DNA of 64,000 nucleotides from Octopus vulgaris (Eukaryota): contig OX597817.1 in assembly GCA_951406725.2 (NCBI GenBank), positions 61,690,001 to 61,754,000 on the forward strand, written 5' to 3'. The position numbers and the translations under genes were made by a program. Numbering within the stretch: the stretch's first letter is position 1; each line of letters opens with the position of its first letter. The notes under the pieces are model-generated. The model was not told the DNA's origin. It saw nothing but the letters and a program-made list of their open reading frames with translations, and ran no database searches. Below are positions 43,501-53,102 of this stretch, piece after piece.

Positions 43501-44634
43501 TTTTTTGATTTTCACTTGCCTCAACAGGTCTTCACAAGTAGAGTTATGTGTCCCAAGAAGGAAGGTATACACAGGTGGACTGACTATGTCCCAGGTAGGG
43601 GCCACTGGTTATGGCCTCACTTGTCCTGCCGGGTCTTCTCACGCACAGCATACTTCCAAAGGTCTCGGTCTCTGGTCATTTCCTCGGTGAGACCTAAAGA
43701 CCGAAGGTCATGCTTCACCACCTTGTCCCAGGTTTTCCTGGGTCTACCTCTTCCACAGGTTCCCTCAACCGCTAGGGTGTGGCACTTTTTCACACAACTA
43801 TCTTCATCCATTCTTACCATGTGTTCATACCAGCGTAGACGTCACTCTTGCACACCACATCTGATGCTTCTTAGGTCCAACTTTTCTCTCAAGGCACTTA
43901 CACTCTGTCGGGTATGAACACTGACATTACACATCCATCGGAGCATACTGGCTTCATTTCTTGCAAGCTTACGCATATCCTTAGCAGCCACGGCCCATGT
44001 TTCACTGCCATGTAGCATGGCTGTTCGTACACATGCGTCATGCCTTTTACTCTGAGTGAGAGGCCTTTTGTCACCAGCAGAGGTAAGAGCTCTCTGAACT
44101 TTGCCCAGGCTATTCTTACTCTAGCAGTTACACTTTCAGCACACCCGCCCCCGCTACTGACTTGATTACCTAGGTAATGGAAACTATCAACTATTTCTAG
44201 TTTTTCTCCCTGGAATGTGGCGGAAGATGGTCTCTGCACATTTTCAGTGTTTATTGCACCAGAGCATCTGCCACATACAAAAACTATCTTCCTAGTTACC
44301 CTTCCTTTGACATTGCTGCACCTCTTATGTGTCCATAGCTTACACTTGGTGCATCTTATAGAGTTTCTACCTACGCCTTTTCTACAGATCAAGCAGGGCC
44401 ATCTACCTGAAGGCGTTTGTGATTTGTCTACCTTACTACTTATAAGGACTTTGGTTTTAGCTAGGTTGGGGCTTGATTTTGAAATTCTTAACAACCTGCT
44501 TGCCACACAGATTTTCTGTCAGTTTAAGATTTCTTTATTTTTTTTTTATTTTTCAGACGGAGTTTTTTATTCCAGAGCAATTCAAATCAACTTGGAATGG
44601 TACAGGCATGTCAACACAATTTTGTGAATCATAG
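1908..44634 (+). CDS. CAP: Adenylyl cyclase-associated protein (CAP/Srv2), 5'-partial; join(1908..2011,3137..3214,4227..4280,5994..6083,7851..7933,8824..8929,29990..30173,36176..36354,38024..38147,41449..41531,42878..43021,44557..44634)
   Basis: The spliced translation contains the CAP hallmarks [52 protein letters not shown], a polyproline tract, WH2 [28 protein letters not shown], and CARP GKVNSI / [12 protein letters not shown] / [11 protein letters not shown] / IPEQF. All introns are GT-AG and the phases are consistent. Confidence 0.97.
2630..3012 (+). mobile_element. RTE-type 3'-end fragment with (GAT)n tail (near-copy at 50270..50580)
   Basis: aaggcccatcaagccgagcaaaattgcagt ... tggttggcattagggagggcatccagc ... 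ggacataaaatgatgatgat. Confidence 0.7.
3137..3214 (+). CDS. CAP: CAP exon [26 protein letters not shown]
   Basis: Acceptor cttccag, donor gtaaga; 78 nt, phase 0-0. Confidence 0.93.
4227..4280 (+). CDS. CAP: CAP exon [18 protein letters not shown]
   Basis: Acceptor ttttctcag, donor gtaaga; 54 nt. Confidence 0.9.
4796..5194 (+). mobile_element. tRNA-CORE SINE with RTE-like tail
   Basis: gttcagtcccactg B-box region, gtgagtggatttg..ggaaactaaaagaagc body, aaggcatc..agaaa / gtggacattaa tail. Confidence 0.75.
5195..5404. mobile_element. piggyBac-type MITE inserted in a SINE tail
   Basis: TTAA-ccctttagtgtt ... aacactaaaggg-TTAA, splitting the SINE tail gtggacaTTAAatg. Confidence 0.85.
5994..6083 (+). 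CDS. CAP: CAP exon [30 protein letters not shown]
   Basis: Acceptor ctttcag, donor gtaagt; contains the CAP signature [14 protein letters not shown]. Confidence 0.96.
6467..6842 (+). mobile_element. tRNA-CORE SINE with (GAT)n tail
   Basis: Same head, body and tail modules as the other copies. Confidence 0.75.
7851..7933 (+). CDS. CAP: CAP exon [27 protein letters not shown](K)
   Basis: Acceptor ttgcag, donor gtaagt; FYTNRVLKE motif. Confidence 0.96.
7970..8350 (-). mobile_element. tRNA-CORE SINE, antisense, 37 nt after a CAP exon
   Basis: (ATC)n tail first, then gcttcttttcagtttctatctaccaaatccac and gtagaagacacttgccc (reverse complement of the CORE). Confidence 0.75.
8824..8929 (+). CDS. 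CAP: CAP exon [35 protein letters not shown]
   Basis: Acceptor cttgtag, donor gttagt; HV-W and HTTGL-W motifs; phase 2 to 0. Confidence 0.95.
9095..9520 (+). mobile_element. tRNA-CORE SINE
   Basis: gggttcagtccc..tggcaccttg head/CORE and gtggacatt tail. Confidence 0.75.
10846..10944 (-). pseudogene. Possible decayed tRNA or tRNA-derived head
   Basis: Minus strand agtcgtgTAGCTTAAagtgttaga ... gtgTTCAAACccacgtacgatca followed by tttt; acceptor-stem pairing is imperfect and the anticodon arm is unrecognisable. Confidence 0.25.
12161..12327. mobile_element. Old hAT-type MITE
   Basis: CAG...CTG ends (right end ggttgcccaagcctg), tgtggccc subterminal motifs, imperfect 8-bp TSD cattagaa/cattacag. 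Confidence 0.5.
12909..13134 (-). mobile_element. Same Meta-domain SINE family
   Basis: Reverse complement of the 24616 copy; aatgttct direct repeat on both flanks. Confidence 0.88.
16255..16645 (+). mobile_element. tRNA-CORE SINE
   Basis: gttcagtcccactgcacagcatcttgggcaaatgtcttctact CORE; ggacattaaaacaacgatgat tail. Confidence 0.75.
18748..18826. repeat. (CT)n microsatellite
   Basis: About 39 CT units; source of the spurious ER/SL-repeat ORFs. Confidence 0.95.
19935..20320 (+). mobile_element. tRNA-CORE SINE with alternative tail (gactgaaa..taaaagaata)
   Basis: CORE accttggggaagtgtcttctac, internal (TA)(TG) tract, then gatagaataagt and ctccagcatggctgc modules. Confidence 0.75.
21150..21680 (+). 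mobile_element. RTE-clade LINE 3' relic interrupted by a fold-back inversion
   Basis: Translates as [22 protein letters not shown] ... [42 protein letters not shown], resembling the RTE C-terminal consensus LRWAGHVVRM-D-RLPK--FYGEL. Confidence 0.75.
21255..21531. repeat. 277-bp hairpin/palindrome with ggag loop
   Basis: gccttagtgcctagcatcagagctaaactgaccataaaagggggctttaggtaagcgagtgtctttcatgcatac is mirrored exactly at about 21451..21525; the left arm has an extra 14-nt segment. Confidence 0.95.
24616..24838 (+). mobile_element. Young tRNA-headed Meta-domain SINE with TSD
   Basis: ggcggcgagctggcagaa A-box, gagttcaaattcc B-box, gcctttcatcctttcggggtc core; flanked by the direct repeat ggtatttattttattga. 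Confidence 0.88.
28375..29770 (-). mobile_element. R4/Dong-like (RLE-type) non-LTR retrotransposon relic, just upstream of the P1 exon
   Basis: [58 protein letters not shown], and terminal [11 protein letters not shown]. Confidence 0.85.
29990..30173 (+). CDS. CAP: CAP exon with P1 polyproline (12 Pro, 30038..30073) and start of WH2
   Basis: Acceptor ctttttcag, donor gtgagc; [17 protein letters not shown]12-...[18 protein letters not shown]. Confidence 0.95.
30560..31150 (-). mobile_element. RTE LINE fragment (endonuclease end/linker)
   Basis: [22 protein letters not shown] and [15 protein letters not shown] parallel the 46769..48877 element. Confidence 0.8.
31400..31765 (-). mobile_element. 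R4/Dong-like RLE C-terminus fragments
   Basis: [34 protein letters not shown]; 3' sequence shared with 28375..28440. Confidence 0.7.
34452..35312 (-). mobile_element. Internally deleted mariner
   Basis: TIRs ttgggtcatccc / gggatggcccaa flanked by TA; [22 protein letters not shown] resembles the YSPDLAPSDYHLF motif. Confidence 0.88.
36176..36354 (+). CDS. CAP: CAP exon, WH2 LKKVT to P2 linker and start of CARP
   Basis: Acceptor cttttag, donor gtaagt; [17 protein letters not shown]...ELQDKKWII. Confidence 0.95.
36747..37713. mobile_element. piggyBac-type non-autonomous element
   Basis: TTAA-ccctttcgttac ... gtaacgaaaggg-TTAA; internal direct repeat of about 100 bp (37240 and 37418) and subterminal tttgggcggtttggt repeats. 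Confidence 0.88.
38024..38147 (+). CDS. CAP: CAP CARP exon EYQNNNQG...GKVNSIVV
   Basis: Acceptor ccttccag, donor gtaagt. Confidence 0.95.
39184..40497 (-). mobile_element. Chapaev3-like (CMC) DNA transposon, internally deleted
   Basis: CAC...GTG termini (cacaatgtaaca / tgttacgttgtg), TAA on both flanks; transposase N-terminus [39 protein letters not shown]. Confidence 0.78.
41449..41531 (+). CDS. CAP: CAP CARP exon [28 protein letters not shown]
   Basis: Acceptor ctcttcag, donor gtgagc; phase 1 to 0. Confidence 0.95.
42256..42540 (+). mobile_element. CR1-type RT fragment
   Basis: [20 protein letters not shown] followed by a VPQGSVLGP-encoding sequence. Confidence 0.85.
42878..43021 (+). 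CDS. CAP: CAP CARP exon [16 protein letters not shown]...ADGDY
   Basis: Acceptor ccaacag, donor gtatgt; 144 nt. Confidence 0.96.
43390..44468 (-). mobile_element. RTE-clade LINE 3' part (PHD-like finger, post-RT region, partial 3' UTR) in the last CAP intron
   Basis: [47 protein letters not shown]; [19 protein letters not shown]. Confidence 0.93.
44557..44634 (+). CDS. CAP: CAP last coding exon [25 protein letters not shown]
   Basis: Acceptor after a long T tract (tttcag); PEQF motif; TAG at 44632..44634. Confidence 0.93.
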   Translation, partial: TEFFIPEQFKSTWNGTGMSTQFCES

Positions 44635-44946
44635 ATGGAACAAAAAGGGCCTTTGGTCTAACAATTTACTTCTCAACACTACATCTCCCTACACCCCAGC
44701 CTGTGGATTTATGATGGGGGAGGGGTGTCATTCTAAAACTTTTTTATCCTTCTTTGCCTGTCAATGCTACTGTCTTTGGCCTAATTATGCAACAATGTAC
44801 TTAAAAATAAGATTTTTTTTTTTCCAAATTTTCTTTTTTTTATTTCATTTATATTACTATTGTACCATTTTGTATTCTTCAGAATCAGAGCAGTTCTTTA
44901 TTTCAAACACTATTTGAATAATACAATTATTAATGATAATCATTAT

Positions 44947-45102
44947 AATAAATAAATTCTTCTAAAAATACGAGGGAGAGAGAAAGAAATGTAGAAAGTG
45001 CTGAGACTCTGTTGTTGAAGAATTATGATTTATGAAACTTTCTATAACCTCTCATCAAATTCCAATTTGAAAAAGAAATATATATATATATAACTCAATA
45101 AA
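44947..45102 (+). promoter_or_regulatory. Candidate CAP polyadenylation signals (AATAAA at 44947 and 45097) in an AU-rich 3' UTR
   Basis: Two AATAAA hexamers about 310 and 460 nt after the stop; the second is followed by T/GT-rich sequence (ttgtcttgtc). Confidence 0.5.
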
Positions 45103-45261
45103 TAATTAAATTAAATGTTATTTTAACCACTTGTCTTGTCATTCAATCACTTATCTTCCTTTTAGCCACCTCCATTCATCATCAATTGTTAGGTCCCATT
45201 CAACATATACAGTGTGTATACATATATATGTAAGCATAGAAATATATGTATGTATATATAG

Positions 45262-45540
45262 ATATCAATACATGTAGATATATGTATATATATGTAGATG
45301 TATAAATAGATATATATGTAGGCATACATACGTATATATATATATATAGATATGTATATCAATACATGTAGATATATGTATATATATGTAGATGTATAAA
45401 TAGATATATATGTAGGCATACATACGTATATATATATATATAGATATATATATATCAATACATGTAGATATATGTATATATATGTAGATGTATAAATAGA
45501 TATATATGTAGGCATACATACGTATATATATATATACACA
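45262..45540. repeat. Compound TA-rich minisatellite, unit about 95 bp x3
   Basis: atcaatacatgtagatatatgtatatatatgtagatgtataaatagatatatatgtaggcatacatacg repeated three times. Confidence 0.9.
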
Positions 45541-46464
45541 CACACACACATATATACATATACAATGTCTGCTTTAGCACGGTTTGTTATGCAGGTGAAA
45601 CCCACACCTGTTTCCAAGCAAAGTAATAGACAAGAAACAGTTCATACATGAAGAATTCTAATCAAATGAAATGAGTCTTATTTGGTGATGGTGCGCAAAA
45701 AGCTTGGACGTGCTTTTGGATTGCAAGTAAATGACTGCATTAGTGAAGCCACTGTTTACAAACCAGCAAGTAAAATACATATGTACCAAGGGAAATATGA
45801 AACCACCCACACAGACGAATAAATAAAATGTGTGCATGTCGTCGTCATCATTTAACATCCACTTCTCCATGCTTCCATTGACCAGGCAGATTTTCTATGG
45901 CTGGATGCCGTTCCTAGCCAAATGTTTCTCATTGAAACAGCATGGTTTGTATGACACTGATGATCATTTCTACAAACATCATATAATATCAAGACAAGAA
46001 TACACTCATGCATGTCTATACATACATACATATACACTAATAGTTTCTATTTCCTAAGTCCAAAGACTACAGTAGATGACACTTGCACCAGGTGCCATGC
46101 AGAGCAATTTGAACAGAGACCAACCAGATGACTGGCAAGCAAGCTTAACTACCCACACATACAATATTTGTAAAAATCAATAGGAAAGTCACGAAAGTGA
46201 CTTGGTGTCCAAGAGTTTCATAGATGCCATGCACGAAACTCATGGCCATTGAATCAGTTCAAGACATTTCCTCATGACCGGACATATTTTTTTTTTTTAC
46301 AGAAGATTGTAATTGAACACCCTTGCTTGCATGATGATAGCGCTCATTTTGTCTAGACAAAAGCACACATACAGTCGGGGGTTTGTAAAAGTGTATATAG
46401 ATAAATATATTAGTCAATCATATTCTAACAGTCCAATTTCCACATTTTATTGCTGTATATTTAC

Positions 46465-46766
46465 AGCATGGCTGTGTGGTAAGAAGCTTGCTTCCCAACA
46501 CATAATTGGGTGTCCTCTACCAAAGCCGTGAGTGGATTTGGTGGTTGGAAACTGAAAGAAGACCATCGTGTGTGTGTGCCTGTTTGTCCCCCCCCCCCCA
46601 CCATTGCTTGCAAGACAATGTTGGTGTGTTTACGTCCCCATAACTTGGCAGTTTGGCAAAAGAGATCAACTGAAAAAGTACTATGCTTACAAAGAATAAG
46701 TCCTGGGGTCGATTTCAACATAAGGCAGTGCTGCTGTTAAATGACTGAAACAAGTAAAAGAATAAC
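46465..46766 (+). mobile_element. tRNA-headed SINE abutting the truncated RTE
   Basis: gcatggctgtgtggtaagaagcttgcttcccaac head; gactgaaacaagtaaaagaataa tail. Confidence 0.75.
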
Positions 46767-46768
46767 AA

Positions 46769-48877
46769 GGCCATCTACCTGAAGGCGTTTGTGACTTGTC
46801 AACCTTCCTACTTATTAGGACTTTGGTTTTAGCTAGGTTGACTCTAAGGCCCTTCGATTCTAATCCTTGCTTCCACACCTGAAACTTCTCCTCCAGTTCT
46901 GATAGCGACTCAGCAATTAGAGCAAGGTCATCAGCGTAGAGGAGCTCCCAGGGGCATCCTGTCTTGAATTCCTCCGTTATTGCCTGGAGGACTATGATAA
47001 ATAGGAGGGGGCTGAGGACTGAACCTTGGTGGACCCATACCTCTACCCGGAATTCTTCACTGTACTCGTTGCCAACCCTCACCTTACTAGCAGTGTCTCT
47101 GTACATGGCTTGCACAGCTCTCACTAACCATTCATCTATCCCTAGTTTCCTCATTGACCACCAGATAAGGGATCAGGGGACCCTGTCGAAGGCTTTCTCC
47201 ATGTCAACGAAAGCCAGGTACAGGGGCTTATCTTTGGCTAGATATTTCTCCTGCAGCTGTCTTACCAGGAATATGGCATCAGTGGTGCTTTTCCCTGGCA
47301 CAAATCCAAACTGCATCTCATCTAAACTAACTCTCTCTCTAATTAGTTGGGCTATGACCCTCTCCGTAACCTTCATTACCTGATCCAACAGCTTGATACC
47401 TCTGTAATTATTTGTATCTAGGGCGTCACCTTTACCTTTGTAGCAGTTGACTATTATGCTGCTACACCAGTCATTGGGTATGACTCCTTCGTGTATCACC
47501 TGGTTAACTATACGGGTGACTAGGCTATAGCTGACACTACCAGATATTTTGAGCATCTCTGCAGTGATTCCTGATGGGCCTTGGGCTTTCCCTGTCTTCA
47601 TGCTTCTAATTGCCTTAACTACCAAGGAACTGTCAACTCGGATAGCTGGTCTCTCTGTTGGGTCGACATTTGGCAGACTCTCTTTATCCCATTCATTTTC
47701 TTTATTCAGCAACCTTTCATAGTGGCGTCTCCAAACCTCTCTCTTTGCATCCTCATTTAGCGCAAGTGAACCATCATCCATGCGAACACATTTCTCTCCT
47801 ACCACATCACGATTCTCTCTCACACACTGTCTTGCAACGCGAAATACCTCAAGTATTTGGTCCTCACGGTGCAGAACATTGGCAAATTTTTTCTTATCTG
47901 CTTCCCTTCTGGCTAAATAAACGTGTCTCCTAGCTTCTCTTTTGGCAGTCTGATACAATTCACTGCTACCCCTATTCTTCCAGTCCTTCCAAGCCTGTCT
48001 CTTTTCTCTAATAGCCCTGTCTACAACATTGTACCACCACCACGTTATTTTAGGTCGAGATGGGACTTGCACCAGCCACAGATCTGGTCAGTGGCTCTCA
48101 GCAGGTTGTCCCTTAGAATCCTCCAGTTGTCTTCTACCCCATGTGAAGCTATATCCCCTTCTACTTCGTCAAAGGCTTCAAGTAATATATCCATAAATCT
48201 CTGTCCATTTGCAGGATCTTTAAGCCTCTAGATCTTTTTTCTCCATGTTGGTCGTCCTCTTAGTCCTGATCCTAAAGTCACTAACTACCAGTCTATGTTG
48301 TGGGGTACATTCTTCGCCTGGGAAGGTTTTGGCATTTATAAGCAGCCATCTTTCCCTTTTCCTGGCAAGGATGTTGTCAATTTGGCTGGTATGTCGACCC
48401 GATCGGTAGGTGACTAGGTGGCTGGTAGGTTTCCTGAAGTTAGTGTTGCAAACCATGAGATCATTTGCATCGCAGAACTCCAGCAGTCTGGTTCCCTCCT
48501 CGTTGCGGGAACCATAACCATAGCCTCTATGTACACCATGGAAGCCCCCAGCATGTTTTCCTACATGCCCATTGAAATCACCAGCCACAAAGAGAAGGTC
48601 TCTGTCGTTCGTCAACGAGGTAGTCTGCAGTAAGGCGTCATAGAATCGGTCTTTCTGTCCATCGGGTAGCCCTGGCTGAGGAGCATAGGCCGATATAATG
48701 GTTGCTAATCCATGATGAAGCACTATTCTAATCTTAAAGTATTCTGTCACATACTCTGATTACCTCAATTACCTTATCTACCCATTTTTCAGCGAGAAGT
48801 ATACCCACGCCTTCAACTCCGTCAGTGTTCCCTGTCCAGAAAATCTTGTACCTGTGTTCTTTGCCTGTGAGGAACCT
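46769..48877 (-). mobile_element. RTE-clade LINE (APE endonuclease + RT), truncated at both ends, few frameshifts
   Basis: ORFs 48220..48750 (SAYAPQ, GDFNGHVG, SQID, QHRLV), 47173..48072 (NYRGIKLL, QFGF, AFVDMEKAFDRV) and 46687..47154 (QGSVLSP, YADD). Confidence 0.95.
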
Positions 48878-48888
48878 ACATACATATA

Positions 48889-49117
48889 CTGGGTTGTGCA
48901 TAATTATTGTGTCATTTTAAACAAATTTTATTCAACAAAAACAATAACACCATGTAACAAAAACGTCTTTAAATGATTCTTCCGGAACATATTCCCCATC
49001 TACTTGTATTACTGCTTCCCATTTGCTTAGCGTCATTTAAAGATGTTTTTGTTAAATATTGTTATGGTTGAATAAAATTTATTGGAAAAAAGCCGCAGCA
49101 ATTATGCACCAACCCAA
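48889..49117. mobile_element. Mariner-type MITE
   Basis: TA-ctgggttgtgcataattattg ... gcaattatgcaccaacccaa-TA, with long imperfect internal inverted arms. Confidence 0.8.
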
Positions 49118-49134
49118 TACATATATACACATAC

Positions 49135-49167
<33 letters not shown>

Positions 49168-49428
49168 CATACATATATGTATATATATATACATACACAT
49201 ATATATAATGCCAGTGTTGCCAGAGTGACTCCTGTGCTGGTAGCACGTAAAAAACGCCATTGAAGCATAGTTATTGTCAGTACCATCGGACTGGCTCCTG
49301 TGCAGGTGGCACATGAGAAGCACCATTTGATTCCAGTACCGCCTGACAGTGACATGTAAAAGCACCCACTACACTCTCAGAGGGCTTGGTGGTAGGAGGG
49401 GCATCCAGCTGTAGAAACATTGCCAGAA

Positions 49429-49640
49429 AGGCGGCGAGCTGGCAGAAACGTTAGCACGCTGGGCGAAATGCTTAGAGGTATTTCGTCTGCCACTACGTTC
49501 TGAGTTCAAATTCCGCTGAGTTCGACTTTGCCTTTCATCCTTTCGGGGTCGACTAAATAAGTACCAATCACGCACTGGGTCGATATAATCGACTTAATCC
49601 ATTTGTCTGTCCTTGTTTGTCCCCTCTGTGTAGCCCCTCT
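49429..49640 (+). mobile_element. Same Meta-domain SINE family, inserted in an RTE-type tail
   Basis: High identity to the 24616 copy; directly follows ggcatccagctgtagaaac. Confidence 0.85.
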
Positions 49641-50599
49641 GCAAGCACACCATAAAACAGTTGTTTCGGCATGCGTTTATCTGCCATTTGAACAATATGG
49701 TTCCTCAAAATCATATCTTTAATTGAAGTGTTGCCTGCAGAAGTAAGGACATCTGTGTTTGGAGTAAAATAACTTCATTTAATGCCTTAAATGCGAATAC
49801 ATACATACATACCGTACGTAGTGTATGTGTATGTCCGACCATCACCATTGCTTCACACTGATGTTGGTGGGTTTGCGTCTCTGTAATTTAGCTGTTCAGC
49901 AGGAGAGACCGATAGAATAAGCACCAGGCTTACAGGGAATAAGTCCAGAGGTCAATTTCTTCGACTAAAGGGTGATGCTCTAGCATGGCCACCGTCAAAT
50001 GACTGAAACAAGTAAAAGAATACCAGAAAAGCGTTCCATACCACTAAACCAAGAATTTTCTTTGAATATGTACAATACTAAGGTTAAATAGTAATTCTGT
50101 TTACGTTTGTGTAACTGAGATATTTTGGTTGGATTATATAGTCATTGGTGTTACATTATTTTCTATATTCTGTAACTGCCACAATATACTTTTCTAGGCC
50201 TGAAATTTCTGTGGGGAGGGGGCCAGTTGATTAGATCAACACCAGTACACAACTGGTACACAATTTATAGGAGGTGAAGTGGCTGAGTTCCTTTCGAGCA
50301 TTGGGCCTCATGGAAGCAAAGTGTTGGGCCTCACAGAGGCAATGATCAAGACCTTTGGGATTATGTCGTGGTTGAGAAGAAGACCCATCAAGCCGAGCAA
50401 AATCGCAGTCCTGGCAGATACTGGTGTCACACAAATAGCACCCATGCTGGTGGCATGTAAAAGCACCCATTACACTCTTGGAGTGGTTGGCGTTAGGAAG
50501 GGCAATTATACCAAATCAGAATGGATCCTAGTGCAGCCTTCCAGTGTGCCAGCATGGACAATGGATATTAAATGATGATAATAACGACCATATTAAGAA

Positions 50600-51400
50600 T
50601 GTACAAAAATATAGTCCTACTTACTTAATGAAAACGATATAAAAATATTGTAAATACTTAAGATTTATAATTCGCTTAAAATCTGAGTGTAGAAAATACA
50701 GTAAATCCATATTAAAGTTTACAATCCAGAAGTTGATATCCGACGGCCTTTTCTGAGGGCATAGTGATGCAAATAGGAACTTAGATTTTCTTCAATAACA
50801 CTGCCTCCTTCATCATGGAAGATTCAACCGTTAAGATTACATTTGTTATGAGATCTGGTGGACTCCATTGCTGACAACCTTTCTAAAGAGCTACATTCTG
50901 GTGGATGTTTTCTTTTTTATATCAAACTACTATTGAGAAGAAGCTATTAATAATACCAGAGGTGGTGGGTTGAAGAAGGACTAAACCAAATTTTATATTT
51001 CAGATGTAATGGAATTATGGTTTCATTGTGTAGTTATGTAGAGTTAACTGGATGCTTAAGGGTCGAATAACACCTGTGTCTACAAGAGAAGATGACAACT
51101 GAAAACTTATTTAACATTGAGGAGTTTATGCCTACGCATTCCCAAATACAAAGACTACATTTACGCGTGTGTGAATTATAAGGCGGGGTGCTTCTATTGA
51201 CCAAGATAATTTACACTGTATATTTTGCACTTTATGGTTGTGGATATGCGTAGCTAAAGATGTAGAGAATTCGGTTTTAGTATTAATAAAAGAATTCATA
51301 TGTGCACAATATCTACGGTACTCCCTGCATATATCATTACACTTTATACATTCTAATATCGTTTTTAAAAAGTAAGTAGGGCTACGTTTTTGTAGACTCT
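50600..51400 (-). mobile_element. Degenerate Penelope-like retroelement (Naiad-like GIY-YIG endonuclease plus 3' region)
   Basis: Minus-strand frameshifted translation IYAGST..RRYCAHMNSF..STSLATHIH..LSWSI..PYNSHTRKCSLCIWE..MLNK..SCRH matches the PLE GIY-YIG with CxxC/CRH; a decayed hammerhead lies downstream. Confidence 0.72.
50739..50819 (-). ncRNA. Decayed hammerhead ribozyme (probably inactive)
   Basis: Minus strand: tcc-aTGATGA-aggaggcagtg...cactatgccctca-GAAA-a-GGCC-GTC-gga; C3 and the stem III C are mutated. Confidence 0.55.
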
Positions 51401-52429
51401 TAAAATATTCTTAACATATTTATATATTCTTCCCTCTTCATAGTTGTCCACGTCTCGCATTGACAATCAGAAGGCCCTTGATAACGCAGTGCTGAAATCT
51501 TTGGATATGAAATCTGGGTTTATACTTACATAAAAAAATAGGAATAAACACTACTTTATATTAAAAGTTCCCCTGCGCTATTCAGCCATTATAGTTGCGA
51601 TAGAAGTTCCAAATGTATTTAGATACTCAACCACAATGGATCCTCAAGGAACACATTATAGTATCAAATTACAGATATGTCCCAATAAACACAATAATGT
51701 GTTCCGTAACAATCCGTTGTGATCGAGCATTTGTATGCATGGGGAACTCCAGCTGCAGGGTTTCAAACAACCATAATGGCGAAACGCGCGTAGTAACTTT
51801 AATATTAATTTGTATTTATTCTTATTTTTCCACATTTGTTTGGTAACTCATAACTAGTAATACTTCTCAGTATGGAAGTTACTTAACTATACAAAAAGCA
51901 GGCTGGGTGATGAAAATCTACGTAAAGCTCTACACACACACACTGGATAAAGGGAGATAATTCTGACTACGTGAAGCTGAAGTAAAAATTAGAATTAGTT
52001 CCCTTCAAAGACATATTCGATTACTTTTTTTCATGCGAGTTTCATATTTTGTGACTACACGATTTGGCACAGTCATGGTATATTAGCTGTCAGAAGTGAC
52101 TGACAGCTAATTCAGTGGTAGTGCCGACGATTTTATTTACTTAATTTTACTAATACAAAACTCCCAGTCAAATTTAAAAAGGCGCCAGGACAACAACTAA
52201 GCTGAAATGTTGATTCACTCCATTATCACCGAATTTCCTGCCACGTTCTTTCAGACCAATGCCTCTCAAAGCAAGAAAATCAACGCACACACACTCACAT
52301 AAATGTGTGTGTGTTGTGCGGCAGTCGATGTGATGCACTAGCAGAGAAGATCCTATTTCTCAATAATTTACTATGATTCAGTGCGGATGGCGATGTGGAG
52401 AGAAATCAGAATGAGGAATGCGGCTTAAA

Positions 52430-52640
52430 CTGCAGGAATGCTGATATTCTTTGAATGGAGGTCGATAGACAACGGTATAACTTTTCGTTTAGGGCTGCTG
52501 ATGGAAATGCACGACAGGTGTAAGGTCAGATGCTTCTTCGGGCCTGCATATAAGCCGAGTGGAAATATGATTGTTGAAAGACACCAACGCACAACCAAGG
52601 CCTTGGCCGAGAGGAATGAAACCATCCAATAGGCAGTGCA
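52430..52640 (+). mobile_element. Gypsy-type LTR retrotransposon integrase relic
   Basis: DNGITFR...PAYKPSGNMIVERHQRTTKALAER resembles the integrase core DNG..F / Y.P.GNG.VER..RT.K. Confidence 0.7.
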
Positions 52641-53102
52641 CGAACTCAGAGGAAGGGTGTCAGAAGTGAAGTCCCGAAAAAATGTTCGGTGACGGAAATG
52701 CCGCGTCACATTCTGGACATCTGTAGGGTCAACAGTTTTTCAGACAATGAAAGACAGAGAGGTTGAGGTAAGCACCATAAACCTGCAAAAGTCACAAAGA
52801 GAACAGCTGCTCACTTAGATCAATGGACGACTTTGAAGTGGAATGAGAGTATCATGAAATGATCAGAGAACGTTGAATCAGTGGATGATATTCCAGAAGT
52901 TTAAAGGGGAAGTGAAGCGGGCGAATATAACACGCCAATATTTTAGTTGGGCAGCCGGTGGGAGTAGTTGTGAACGGAGTCCTTGTACAGCGGCTGATGT
53001 ATTTCTTTTAAGCAAATGCCTTCAATTTGGTCTACATCATTTCTTTCTTCAGAGTTCGAACGTCGTTTTGACCTACCCGGTCAAACTAAAGCGTTTGACC
53101 AA

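Noticed and set aside
44623-44634. C-terminal FCES of CAP as a CaaX prenylation motif
   Set aside because: Cys is third from the end, not fourth.
45189-45617. Long YI-rich ORFs here and at 18613..18988, 19185..19571, 62083..62737
   Set aside because: Translations of (TA)n, (CA)n and (CT)n repeats.
51443-51517. Plus-strand exon-like stretch LSTSRIDNQKALDNAVLKSLDMKSG
   Set aside because: Weak donor, no partner exons, and adjacent to the minus-strand Penelope relic.
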